Below are positions 39,295 to 52,606 of a stretch of DNA of 64,000 nt, piece after piece. Below the pieces are notes generated by a model that did not search any database, was not told where the DNA came from, and was given only the letters and a program-made list of their open reading frames with translations. Positions within the stretch are counted from its first letter, which is position 1, and the number at the start of each line of letters is the position of its first letter. This DNA is from Carcharhinus amblyrhynchos (taxonomy: Eukaryota). Both the position numbers and the translations under genes were made by a program. The DNA lies in assembly GCA_965287045.1 (NCBI GenBank), contig OZ336875.1:90768001-90832000 (forward strand), given 5' to 3'.

Positions 39295-40220
39295 CACCAG
39301 GTAAAATTTCTATATGCTCTATTGATTCCTGAAACCCTAAAAACCTCAATCCGATCACCCTTCATCTTCCAAATTCCAGGAAATACAAACCTAGTTTTTG
39401 TAATTTCTCCTCGTAATTTAACGCTGGAGCCCCAGAAACATTCCAGTGAATCTGTGCTGCACTCTTTCCAAAGCCATTCTATTTTTTTCATTCTTTTACA
39501 GGATACAAGTTTCACTGGAGTTTGTTGCCCAAGCCTAATTGTCCTTGATACATTCCAAAGGAAATTTCCTTCCTATAGTGCCCAGGACAGTACACAATAC
39601 TCCAGATGTGATCTAAGCAAGGCATGAAACTTCCTCCTCTCCAGTCCTTTAGTTAAAAAGGCTAACATTCCATTAGCATTTATGGTTTTTTCACATTGTC
39701 AACTGCATTTTAGTCATTTGTGTACATGGACCCCCTAAATCCCTTTGCATTTATTCTGTTCCTAATATTTTTCCCATTTAAATAATACTTACATCGGTTC
39801 TTTTTTTCCACTAAATGGATGACCTTAGACTTGCCTGCATCAAAATCCATTTGATCACAATTTGCCCACTAGCTGGATTATCTTTGTAAGTTTATATCAT
39901 TGTCTACACAATTTGCTGTGCTATCAATCTTAGGGTCACCTGCAAACATGGATTATAGCTTTCTATTATGAAATTTACGTCATTATTAAATATAATGACC
40001 AATTGAAGCGCCAGCACAGACCCTTGTGGAATACCAACAGTCACTTCTTTCCAATTTGAGTACATATACTCTCTGTTTTCTACTGACTAGTAATCAGAGC
40101 AATAATTTGCCTTCAATTCCATGGGTTTTAAATTTGCCTAGCAGTTTGTAATATGGCACTTTATTGAAATACCTCCTGGAAGCCTGTAGAAACTGTATTC
40201 TTAAACATTCCCATCGACAA
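39295..40220 (-). mobile_element. Older degraded CR1 (host of the young insertion; its 3' remainder lies at about 36250-36430)
   Basis: Degraded RT motifs on the minus strand (KGDRIEVF, LRSHLEYCVLSWA); sequence appears collinear across the insertion. Confidence 0.7.
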
Positions 40221-40787
40221 CTTGAGTTACTTGCTTCTCTTTCTCAATCTGCCCTTAGCAGCCGCTAATGACATTCTGTCCTCATAGGGTTGCAACTGTA
40301 AAACAATTAACTTGTCTAACCATTTCCTCACTTCACACCCCAGCTACTTGCTTTCCATTCAGTACCTTTTCATTCTGCTTGCATTTTGATTCTTCCTCTG
40401 TACATATGCACTACATGTCTTATACATGTATAGTCTCCTTTTAGGTAGATACTCCCGCTTTCTGCAAGAGAAAACTATAAAGAACACAAAGAAAGTAAGC
40501 AGGAATGGAAGATACACCCAGTATTATGCCCATCACCCAAATGGAGCAGATTGCTTTGAAAGTCAGTGGTCCCTAAAAGATGATGATGCTGGCGACGTAA
40601 CTGAACAGATGATTACTTGTGGCTCTTTGTATAGTTCAAAATATCACAATATGTTCAGCTCAACAAATTCAGCCTGCATTATGAAGCCCACCATACGTTG
40701 CTATCCAAATTAACTCTTGCCACCTTTCTTCTTCCTCTGGGACCCTCCTGAAGGCACCTCAGAAGATGATAGTCCTTGTACAAACTT

Positions 40788-41140
40788 ATGAATATATGAG
40801 TTAGGAGCAAGAGTAGACCATTTGACCCTTGGGGCCGTTTCCGACGTTCTGAAAGATCATGGATGATCTAGGATGGCCTAAACTCCACATTCCTCCTACT
40901 CACAATAACTTTTGCCTCCCTTGTTAGTCAAGAATCTATATACCTCTGCCTTAAAAATATTAATTGACCCTGCCTCCAATGCTCTCTAGGCAATAGAGTT
41001 CCAAGGACTCACAACACTCTGAAAGAAAAAAAACTTCTAATCGCTGTCTTAAATTAGCAACCTCTTATTTTTAAACAATGTCCCCTAGTTTTAGTCTCTC
41101 ACACAAGGGAAAACTTCATTCAGCATCCTCTCTGTCAAGG
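40788..41140 (-). mobile_element. CR1 3' fragment
   Basis: Reverse tail atgaatatatgagttaggagcaagagtagacca and degraded ORF2 terminus. Confidence 0.75.
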
Positions 41141-42839
41141 CTTGAGGAAGATCTATTACATGCTCCTACCTCTCACAAGCACCAGCACAGAGATTAGCAC
41201 TCTTGGTACATTAGGTAGTATGTTACTGGGGTGAAGCACACGGCACAAATGAGCAGCAGCAGGTTGTGGTGTGAGAGACAGCCCAGGAAATATTCCTGGA
41301 ATGCAAGGTCACCTCCCAGATCTGCAGAGGAAAGGAGAGATTTGGACTTTAGGAGTCCAAGCTTGAAAAGAAAATTGCTTGCATTGTGCAATCAATTATA
41401 TTGGTATTGGTAAACCTTACCAATTATTTTTGAAACATGGCAGAAAATATGGAGGAACCAACTTCCTGCTTGTATGGTGTTATATTGCTTCAGCATTCTA
41501 TTGTTTATAAGGAGTGCAAGGCCATCACAAGAGACTTTGTAGCTAGGCCTTCATTTGAGAAAGATGTGCTAATATCTTTTGAGGCCTTGATGGAAGTTCT
41601 TATGGTTGCATTTAGAATCTGGGCTCTAAAATGTGCACATGTTCTCTTGGAAAGATTAGTGGACCACATCAATGGGCCCTTCCAAGGCTTCACTCACCTC
41701 CTGTGATTCTCTAGCTGTGCAGGACACTACCAACACTTTGCAGGACTAGCCAGATCAGTAAGCAGTTTTTTTAGAAAGGAACTGTGGGATGTGGTTGATT
41801 GGTTGGTGAATACTTTGCTCATTTATGTTTTGTCAAGGATTTGCCTCGCAACAACAGGTACAAAAATTTAAAAAGATCCATTTGACAGCAAAGAGGTCTT
41901 GTAATATGCAGACTTGGCCTTCAACCCTGTATTGTGCGGTAACTATAAGCTGCATTTGGCTCATAGGTGAATTTAATTTGGATTTTGTTTGGGAAAGAGA
42001 AGTCTTAATGAGTTCAGGGATCATAGATATATTTTGGAACAGGGGGTAATTTCTACATAAACTGTATGTGTTTAGTTATTCATGTACTTAAGTGTCTTAG
42101 AGTGTCATAATCCTTTTTGTTGAGTAAATTTGTCTTTTATTTTAGATTAATAAATATCCATTTCAAATGATTAAGCCTGGGTTAAGTGTTTCCCCAGTCT
42201 AGTGATGATACTTAAACTGCCCTTACAAAGTTTTCCTGCAATGGCTTGGCTGTAAGATTTGGATGTAACACTGTAGCATCTCTGAGAAGCAAAAGATGTT
42301 GTAGGACTCCTTGCTTGGAAAGTGGGTCCAGTATCCTGGCTGTGAGGTGCGAACTCTCTGTTTTTGAGATGGGGGTCAGTGGTAATAGTTATTCTATTTC
42401 CCCTTTTATTATTTCAACTTGAGAGTCTAATGTCCAAATGTTTTGAATTATTTCCTTTTGTGGAGCTTTTTTCTATTTTTATAGCCCCGAATCATCCAGT
42501 CATTTAGGTAAGCTGTTTCTACTAGGGGAACTTAACAGTTTTATGGTAGTCATCTAAACAATCTGTTTCTACTTCTAAAGCAATTCACACATGATTATCT
42601 TTGAATGCTCTCATGCCTTTGGAATGCTCTGAACATTTTTAGAGGCTTGCCAGCCGCTGGAAATGTGGGCTGTTACTGTTACTAGGCAGGTTCCTACCTT
42701 TCAAGCCTTTTTAAATTCTTGTTGGAACTGTTGCCATGAGCAAATCCTTTACACTTTGAAAACTAATGTAATTTATTAGTGATAAGGTTTCATTGACTGT
42801 AATAGTAAAATCTATTGGGCATAGTAGGATTTATTAATT

Positions 42840-44338
42840 GTAAGTTAAAGATGGCAGGGCAGAAGTTGTGTTGTGGCCACAGAATGTGGAACTCATGTGC
42901 ACCAGTGTGATCCAAAGCAAACACATCTATAGTAAATGTCTGCGGTTCAGGCAAGTTTGGCTCAGAGTCATTGAGCTGGAGGTTGAGCTGTGGATAGTGC
43001 AATGCATCAGGCAGAGGGGAAGTTATCTAGACACTTTATACCAGGAGGCAATCACACATTTAGGGTAGGATCTAATGATTTAGGTTGTGGTCAGGGATAG
43101 AAGGGTGTGACTGAAATTCAGGCACGATGGAAAGCAAGAAGGTAGAAGTGAAGGAGCCTCAGCAGTTGTCCAACAGGTTTGCAGTGCTTGCAACCTGCAA
43201 GGATGGGAATGGGGATTGCAGGATGGATGACTATGTACAGGAAGCCATTCAAACAGGAGTATTTATTAGGAATATTGTGGTAGTAAAGTGTGTCAGAGGA
43301 ATAGACAAAGTTCTCTGCAGCTGGGAGTGAGCCCAGAAGGCTATGTAGCTTGCTTGGTGCCAGTGTTCAGGATATCTGCTCAGGGTTGAGAAAGAACTTG
43401 CAGTGGGAGGGGAAGGATCCAGTGGTTCGTGTGATTGAATTTCACATTCAGTTTGAGTAATGGATGGGGATGGATCTAAGCTTAAATTTAAAAAGGGCAT
43501 TATGAAGATAGAATTGGCCAAATGAATTAGGAAATTACATTAATGATAGGTGAAAAGAGATGCAGTTGACAGCCTTTTAAGGAGATATTTAATAACATTC
43601 CGCAAAGATACATCCCAGTGGGAATGAGAAACTCTGGGGGAGGAACACACCACCGGTGACTAACTAAAAAGTTAAGGGTATTATCAAATTGAAACAAAGT
43701 TATGCAATTCCATAAAGATTAATGGCAGGTCAGAAGATAGGACAAAACATTAAAAAAAACAAAAAATAACTGAAATAGGAGGAAATAGAGTATGAAAGAA
43801 TATAAACAGTAAGAGTTTCTGCAGGTATTTAAAAAGGAAAAGAATAACTGAAGTGAGTGTAATGGAAGGTAGGCAATGGTGGTTGAATTGAACAGATATT
43901 TTGCATCTGTGTTCACTGTATAGAATACGAATGACATTCCAGCAATAACTGTGAATCAAGAGGTGAAAGGCAGTTGAGGAACCTAGGCAAGGGCACTGAG
44001 AAAACTATTGGAAGTAAAATTTGATATGTTCTCAGTTATTGATGGACTCCATCCTAAAGTCTTAAAAAAAAGACTGTTGAGATAGTAAATACATTGGATT
44101 TGATTCTCCAAAATTCCTTAGATTCTAAAAAGGTACCATGGAATTGGAAAGTAGCAAATGCATCTTCTCTATTCAAGAAAAGAGAGAAAAAAAGAAGCAG
44201 GAAACATCAGGCCAGTTAGCTTAATACCTGTCACAGGGAAAAGCTGGAATCTACTAAGAAGATAATAGCCGTGGACATGGAAAATTTCAATGTAATCAGG
44301 TAGTCAACATGGTTTTATGAATGGGAAATCATGTTTGT
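42840..44338 (+). mobile_element. Degraded, internally deleted CR1 (ORF1 plus part of ORF2)
   Basis: HIYSKC...LRVIELEVELWIVQCIR and LSNRFAVL (ORF1); YFASVFT, DGLHPKVLK and QHGFMNGKSC (ORF2). Confidence 0.8.
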
Positions 44339-44499
44339 ATTTTTCCTTGTTATTTCACAATAATTTTATCTCTAATTGCCCTTGAGAAGGTGGTGGTGAA
44401 CTCTTGCCTTGAACTACTGCAGTCCATGTCATACAGGTATACTAACAATGCTGTTTGGGAGGGAATTCCAGAATTTTGATCTAGCGGCAGTATCGCTAT

Positions 44500-46090
44500 A
44501 TCTAGGTTACCCCACAGGATGCATATCAGTGGTGGAGGCAGACAGCTGAGTTCTGCCCCCCATAGCTGGAGATGCCTTTGATGGGTGTCCCCTGGGGGCT
44601 AGGATCTGGAGGGCCTGGCAATATATACATATGTAGCCATGCCATTTTGTTCAGCCTGCTGTCCGTGAAGTACCCTGGTGTCAGGAAGGGGAGGATTTGG
44701 AAGGGCTGGGCCATTTAGAATGGCCAGAGTCTCCTGGATGGAAGGCCTAGATATGGGCTCCAGCCCTTCCTCCTCTCTTGGGGTCCCCATGGGTCCCTGG
44801 GACACTGCATGGAGGGGGGGGGTAGTTGGAGTGAGCTCCAGAAGCCTCTGCATCACCAAGCATCCATGGTATGAGAACCCTCAGCGATGACTCAGAGTCT
44901 GGACCAAGTTCTGCATTCTCTCAGTGATGGCCTGCTGTGACTGTGCCATGCTCTCAAGCCCGTAGCCATGCCCAGCTATGTCTCGAGCATGCTCCCAAGG
45001 ACCTCAGCCATGGTTCTGTGAGAGTCAGACATGCCTTGGACCCTGCCAACCATGGCTAACATTACTTGCCCCAGGCTTTCAACTGCGGGCAATGATCCTT
45101 GCAGTATTGGTCTGGGTGCCATGCAATGCTGGATACTATTGAATGCATCTGAAGGCTGTGGGACTCTTCCAAACAGCCTTACAATTGCTGGAATGTTGCT
45201 GACAATCCCTTCTGCAATCCCTGGTTCTGCCTTTGCGTCTCCAGCAGTTGGAGCCAGTTGTTTCCTTGACTCCAGCAGATCTCCAGCTGCCAAACCTTTG
45301 GGCATTTCCACCTCCACCTGACGTGTATCAATAACTGTGTGGTGCACAACAGAAATAGACCCAGAAGCCTCACCGTTAACATGCCATATTGTTGTGTCTG
45401 TATTTGTGCTGGTGGATGGTGCATGTGTCAGCTGGTAAGAGGTTTCCTTGGAGCTTTCCTCTGAGGTGCTGATGGGGTTCTCAGCAGGGTGTGGGGGTGG
45501 GGGTGAAGGGGGTGGGGTGGGGTTGGTATGGTGATGATCCCAGACAGTCCAGTCTCATTTTGCTTGATTGGCACCCAATCCACCAAGGTAAACATCCACT
45601 ACCTTCACCACTGATGTACTTCTGAGCTCCTCTATGCCAGTGTCTGCTGGCCCTCCCCCCGAGCAGTTGCAGCTGCAGGAGCCATGTAGGCCCACAGTGA
45701 CAGACAGCTTGTGATGGTTTCCTCATCACCCACCGGACCCCTCACTGATCTCAGGCAGAGTGGTAGTGGACATTAACTCCTCACTAACTGGAGCGCCCAA
45801 ATCAGACTTTTGTAGAGCATGTCTGTTTCCTGCTGATTCTGGATGGGCGAACACAGTACTAAAGGAGGAAGTGCCAATAAAGTTGGACATGCAGCCCATT
45901 AAGTCAATTGAAATGCTTTTAAATGGCTGTCACGCCTGTTTCAGACACGGTCCCAATTGTGGCTGTTTTCGGGCCTTGGTAAAGGAAGAATTGGTGCGGA
46001 GGCGGGCACAGATCGCGCTACGCCTCATGCCCGACTTTACCAAGTTTTCACGCCTGAAAACAGGCACAACTTGATGGTAAAATTGGGCCC
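44500..46090. mobile_element. Harbinger-family element fragment with accessory-ORF relic; shares its terminal arm with the MITEs at 34552 and 58815
   Basis: Ends atggtaaaattgggccc; about 250 bp of subterminal sequence (gactttaccaagttttcacgcctgaaaa) matches 59460-59688. Left end not identified. Confidence 0.75.
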
Positions 46091-46619
46091 AATGTGTTTG
46101 ATGAGAACACAAACTTCCTTCCCAGAGAATCCTCTGCCTGGCATATGCCAGCCATTGATCTTTGAGATGGTAGTTCCTTGAGCACAGAACCCTTCCAGAT
46201 ACCACCAGCTGAATCTGAGGCTTACATCCTGGAGGGCATTCCTATATTCCTGCTACCCACAGTATTTAGTAGTGATTATAATATGCTATTTATTTGGCAT
46301 AATTGATTGAAATACAAATGTAAAGCTCAGAAAAGACAGGTGAACGTCCTCATTAAGTCAGTGTTATAGGTATGTTTTTACAACCACCCACATTCCCCTG
46401 TCTCAGCTTTGTGGTCATTATTTTTCTCATTATACACTTGACATTCATCAAATATCTGATTAATTTTCTTAAATAACAATACTATTCAGTTAAACCGCTC
46501 AGGCAAACTTAGATGACACCTAAGAATTCCTTGAACGGAGAACCCTAAGAATTTACATAATGCAAATTGATGATAGGAATATAAATTAATTGCTATTTAT
46601 GTACATGGTTTGTACAGTG

Positions 46620-47290
46620 CTGAAAAACGAGGCATGCTGCCAAAACTACTCATCTTGCATTCATCAGGACAGATTCAGGCTCCACCTGCCATCAAATTCA
46701 CTTCTGAAATGTTACAGTTGAATGAACTCCCTTTCTTTGACATGCTAGTTCAGAAATCTGCCAGTGGGTTCACTAATACAGTCTACTGTAAATCCATCTT
46801 CAATATATATTTTCGGATCCCTACAGTTCCATGTGCTACTTGTAACTTGTAAATAGGGCCTGGGCCATTTGCTCACCATGCAAGTTTGATCAGACACATC
46901 AAAGCTAACCGGCAGGCAATGGCTATCCTGATCAGATCGTTGCTTTCAGTATATCTTGCAAAACTCATGAATGGGCCCAAGGCCAGTAATTTCAGTGCTT
47001 AAAAGTGGCCGGTCTCCCACAGATCAGTAACACTATTCAGTTTAACCTCTCAGGCAAACACAGATGATGCCTGAAAGGGTAAGGTGTCTCAAACTTTGAG
47101 CAACATGTGAAGCTAGCCATTTCACATTGCTCTATGCATAGCAACATAAATGCGTTCTCCACTAACAGGCTGCCAGCAAGGCAAAGAGGTGTTCTGCCTA
47201 CCTCACAAATGAAGTAATGTGGTATATGAATTACAGTGATGTTATGTGACAGACAGTATAGCACTATTCTGTCCAACAATTGGTTGATAT
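46620..47290 (+). mobile_element. Penelope-like element fragment (RT C-terminus and start of GIY-YIG); probable 3' remainder at about 49030-49180
   Basis: PAIKFTSEMLQLNELPFFDMLVQKSASGFTNTVYCK, AICSPCK, NGYPDQI, KGKVSQ and VLPTSQM...VVYE. Confidence 0.85.
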
Positions 47291-47294
47291 TGTC

Positions 47295-48930
47295 TGTGGA
47301 TGTGGGGTGCAGAGATCAGTTACGTTACGGAGGTACACACAAGATTTTATAACAATAACAGGAGGTTTTCTTTTTAGGTATGTATTGTACAGGTTCTGAA
47401 TCCCCAGTTGTCAACAGCCTGTGGCGACTCCAGTGATGTCACAGAGTGATTACATGACCATCCTCTTAAAGAGGTTACACCACATACAGTAATCCCCGAA
47501 TACACAACATCCCTCCTCCATACTTCTAAGGCTCCCCCACTCCCCAGATCAACCAAGGAGGTATTAACATCACCAATCAATTGGAGAAGCAATTAAGAGG
47601 CCGCTGCGCCCTTGCTGGCTGCATCTGTCATGTTGTCACATTACTAGGTATTTCTTCCCTTGCATGAGTTATGGTATTGCTCACGTTAGGGGACCTTGCA
47701 GCGGTGATAAGATTACTAGTCCTTTTGGGCTTGCCTGATACTCCGATAATAGCAGGCCAAATATCAGGACTAGAGGGGGTGGTTCATCTCAAGGTGGTTT
47801 TGGCAAGCTACTGTGCAACTGGTCAGCATGGCATCTCCAAACCAGTTCGTCTTTGGTTTGGACCATGGTTCAAACTGGCCCCGTATCATACAAGACATTT
47901 GCAGGTACCCACTTCTGGTTAGTATAGCTGCACACTAATACTTGCTCCCTTTGATGAAACAAGATTATGGAGTCAGAATCATAGTCGTAGAGTCATAGAG
48001 GTTTACAGCATGGAAACAGGCCCTTTGGCCCAACTTGTCCATGTTGCCCCTTTTTTAAACCCCTAAACTAGTACCAATTGCCTGTGTTTGGTCCATATCC
48101 CTTTATACTCATCTTACTCATTTAACTGTCTAAATGCTTTTAAAAAGACAAAATTGTACCCACCTTTACATCATTTATTACTTGCTTGTCTCCTGGCTAT
48201 TTGCAACTGTTGGTTTTGCTCTACTATTGCCGATGTCTCTTGGGGTATTGATGGATCAAATGTCATTCTCAGCTTCCTTTTGTAGCAATGTGGGTGAACT
48301 CTGTGTGGTCGCATGTGTAGTATTCCTGTGAGATATCAAAAAGCCATTGGGACGTGGGGTCAATGAGCCTTGATCTCGAGAATTTTTCAGTGCATGCTTC
48401 AGATATTCCACATACCGTTCAGCTAGCCCCTTAGTAGCTGGTGGTAAGGTGCTGAATTGATATGTTGGATATCATTCCCCTTGAGGTAATCTTCACATTC
48501 TTGCAATGTAAACAGTGGCCCATTGTCTCTTTACATGTGTCCAGATTCTTTTTCTGCCCGTTCTGTTCAGGGAGTTCTGAACTGTTCCAGCAACCTCTTG
48601 CGATGTAGCTAACCTCGCCACAATTCTTGCATTGGCTGTCCTTGTTCCAGCAGTCAGCTGGTGAATTGCCCATTCTGGTATATCGGTGGCATGCCTGCAG
48701 TTGGGTAGGCTTCCTCTGGGTGGTGCCCATCCTTTGGATTCTCATGCAGGTTCCCCACTATGATGTCTCTTTACCTTTGAATTCCACTGAGACTGCAAGA
48801 TCCCAGAGCTGTTTTTAAGCTTAGTGTGTGCTCCAAGAGCAAGCACCGCTGGATTGCCTCATTTCGTAACTCCCCCATCAAACGATTGTACAGAGCATCA
48901 TCCAGTGATTCGCCAAGCTCTCAATATTAC
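47295..48930 (-). mobile_element. Gypsy LTR retrotransposon relic (3' LTR about 47295-47509, PPT, integrase C-terminus, gag zinc knuckle), internally deleted
   Basis: Minus-strand PPT ggaggaggga directly followed by TGTTG; KWVPANV...TGPV...VWRCHADQL (integrase end); CWNKDSQCKNCGEVSYIARGC (gag). A small CR1 tail is nested at about 47975-48170. Confidence 0.82.
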
Positions 48931-51194
48931 ATGCATTCACACATAGAGCCCTGTCCTTTGCAAACAGGAAAACCATCCACACATTGCACTTTTTTCATTG
49001 AAAAGGAAATTTTGAGGACAGCCATTCCCTGAGTCATTCTTCAAACCAAAATCAGAATTGATCTGTTTTGAATTTAAATGAAAGCTTGACAGTCAACAGT
49101 TCCTTGGTGCATCTCCATGGCAACACTTCTACCAATCAAAGCTGACTTGCCAACCAATCAGTACTCTTTTGCACAGTGTGAGATTTGGTATTTTTGCAAA
49201 TCTAAATGTGGGAGAGCTGTCAGAGAAGCAATTTAACCAATTTTCTTTAGTTTGTAGCAGGTCCATTGGCTGAAGTCACAAATATTGTCAAAAGATTAAA
49301 GTTGCCCAACTCTTATTTTTTTACCAGTTTACTCAGTGTTGTCAGCAACATATATATGAATCCTCTTAACGCTCTTTAAAATGCCAGCCCTAGTTTATCT
49401 AGCCTTTCTTCAATTAATTCATCATTATTGAGTTATTTGAAAACTTTGAAATAAGGCCTTGTATACAGTTCATTGATATATACCAAAATGAACAGTGGTC
49501 TTAGTAGCAACACTTGTGAATACCTCTGTATACTCCCCTCCAGTCTGAAAAACAACCATTCACCACTTCTTCATTTCCATCTCTTAGCCAATTTTGTATT
49601 CATGCTGGCAATATCTGTTTGGCATCAGCATATTTTTCTTTAACAAGCTCGTTATATGGTGCTTTAAGAAACCCCTTTTGGAAGTCCATATGCACCACAC
49701 CAGCCATGCTTACCTCATTAATTCTTTCCGTTACTTCATAAATGACCTTGATAAAGTTAATGAAACACAATTTGTCTTTAACAAATATGTGCTGTCTTTT
49801 CCAGATGCCAACTACCTTTGTCCCCAGTTACTATTCTTCAAAGTTCCCTCAACGTTCACTTTTGGCTGAGCGGACAATTGTTACTGGGTTTATCCTTCGC
49901 TTTGATTGGGATTTTACAGGGTAACAGTGGCTCCATCTACTGGTTGGAAAGTGGTGGGGCGGGGTGCAATCCAACTCTGCCAGTTTTGGATGCCTGGACT
50001 GGATTTTACAGTCCTCCGATTTAATCACCTGCAGTCACGGATTCCACCTCTTTAAGGCAGGGTGTCTTGGCTCCAAACGCTGTGGGCCAGTTAGAAGCCC
50101 AGCAGCTGCTCAGTCCCACCAGAACCATTTGGAATGGTGATCACAGCTGGTATCGTAACGCAGCGCAGCAGCCAATGAGAAGATCTGAAGTACAGTTAGG
50201 TGGGGTCAGAGCATGTTGACTTTAATCAGAAGCTCCAGCAATGGCGGGAGGGCATTTTTAATCACAATAACAAGGGATTCTTTCAGTAGGAATGGCACTT
50301 GTCACGTGTCCTTTGAGGGCCACAGGGTGTCAGTCAGGAGGCACTCCCCCCCAACCCTGCAAGCCAGTAGGGAGACTGCCAAATTATACATGGTGGCCTC
50401 CCCACATGATATAATGCCTATCTGCAAATAACAGCGGCAAGAAGGAAGTTGTGGATATAGCTGCTATCCCATTTGATTTCATGCCTTCCAGCTTGGTCCT
50501 GAGAGAGGAAAAAATCTTTTCTTAAACAATGATTTGACATTTGCAATTTGACATTTGCAATTCTTTAGTTTACTGGCACCATCCGCATTTCTCAGAGGGT
50601 TAGAAGATTATGGTCACAGCTTCTGCAGTTTTCATCCTTACTGAGTAACGTAAGGTGAATAATCTGAAATTGCTGACCTTTCAACTTTGAGCCTTTTAGG
50701 TATCTGAAGAGGGTTCAAAATTGGTCTCTAAGGCCCCCATAATTTCATAAGTCCAGCCTTTTAGCTCCAAGTGAGCTCTAGGATGCTTGTAGTGTACCTT
50801 CCCCCCCACTGAAAACAGAGTTGTTAAGCTTGTTTATTTAGGTTTCTTATTCAAATCTGTGACAATCTCAAAATTCTGCCATTAACACTGGGAGGATCAT
50901 CAATTCCCTCTCAAATCTTCCTTTGTGACTATTGGAGGAGGTACTAGAAAATTCAACGCCGTAATGTCTCACCCTAGTGTCAATGTATTGTACAAAGGTG
51001 CAGACTGAATTTTTTTTTACATTTATTGGCTCTCTTACAGCTATCAAGCTCCACCTCATCAGAGATTAAGTCCCTAAGGGAGAAAAGTAGTGAGATGGAA
51101 GGACACCAAAGACAAAATAACATCCATCTGATAGGCTTTCCAGAGGGAATCGAGGGCCCAAATATCACAGACTTTGTCATCTGACTATTGAAGA

Positions 51195-52606
51195 ATGTGC
51201 TAGAGGCAGGTAACTATAGGCTGGTTAGCTTAATGTTTGTAGTAGGGAAAACGCTTGAATCTATCATCAAGAGAGAAATAGCAGGACATCTGGATATAAA
51301 TCGTCCCATTGGTAAGACGCAGCATGGGTTCAGGAAGGGAAGGTCATGTTTGACTAATTTGGTGGAATTCTTTGAGAACATAACATATGCACTGGACAAT
51401 GGGGAACTTGTGGATATAGTGTATCTGGATTTCCAGAAGTCATTTGACAAGGTGCTGCACCAAAGACTGCTACAAAAGATAAAGGTGCACAGTGTTACGG
51501 GCAATGTATTAGCATGGATAGAGGATTGGTTAACTAACAGAAAGCAAAGAGTGGGGGTAAATGGGTGTTTTTCTGGTTGGCGATCAGTACTAGTGTGCCT
51601 CAGGGATCAGTATTGGGACAGCAATTGTTTATGATTTACATAGATGATTTGGAATTGGGGACCAAGTGTAGTGTGTCAAAATTTGCAGATGACACTAAAA
51701 TGAAATGAACAGCAAAGTGTGCAGAGGATGCTGTAAGTCTGCAAAGGGATATAGATAATCTAAGTGAGCGGGCGAGGATCTGGCAGATGGAGTACAATGT
51801 TGGTAAATGTGAGGTCATCCATTTTGGTAGGAACAACAGAAAAAAGGACTACTATTTAAATGGTAAAAATTGTAGCATGCTGCCCTGCAGAGAGCCTGGG
51901 TGTCCTTGTGCAGGAATCTCAAGGAGTTGGTTTGCAGGTGCAGCAGTTAATTAAGAAGGCAAATTGAATTCTGACCTTCATTGCTAGAGCAATGGAGTTT
52001 AAAAACAGTGAGATTATGTTGCAGCTGTATAAGGTGCTGGTGAGGCAACAAGAGTACTGTGTACAGTTTTGGTCTCCTTACTTGAGAAAGGATATACTGG
52101 CACTGAAGGGGGTGCAGAAGAGATTGACTAGGTTGATTCCGGAGTTGAGAATGTTGACTTATAAAGGTAGACTGAGTAGACTGGGGCTATACTCATTGGA
52201 ATTCAGAAGAATGAGGGGAGATCTTGTAGAAACATATAAGATTATGAAGGGAATAGATAGGATAAAAGCAGAGAAGTTGTTTCCACTGGTAGGCGAAACT
52301 GGAACTAGGGGGCATAGCCTCAAAATAAGGGGAAGCAGATTTAGGACTGAGTTAAGAAGGAATTTCTTCACACAAAAGGTTGCGAATCTGTGGAATTCCC
52401 TGCCCAGTGAAGCAGTTGAGACTACCTCATTGAATGTTTTTAAGACAAGGGTAGATGCATTTTTGAACAGTAAAGGAATTAAGGGTTATGGTGAGTGGGC
52501 AGGTAAGTGGAGCTGAGTTCGCAAAAAGATCAGTCATGATCTTATTGAAGGGCAGAGCACGCTTGAGGGGCCAGATGGCCTACTCCTGCTCCCAGTTCTT
52601 ATGTTC
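51195..52606 (+). mobile_element. CR1 LINE (5'-truncated) inserted in L1 ORF1
   Basis: NYRLVSL, QHGF, YLDFQK, FADDTK, tail ttcttatgttct; flanked by TGAAGA at 51189-51194 and 52607-52612 (possible TSD). Confidence 0.93.
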
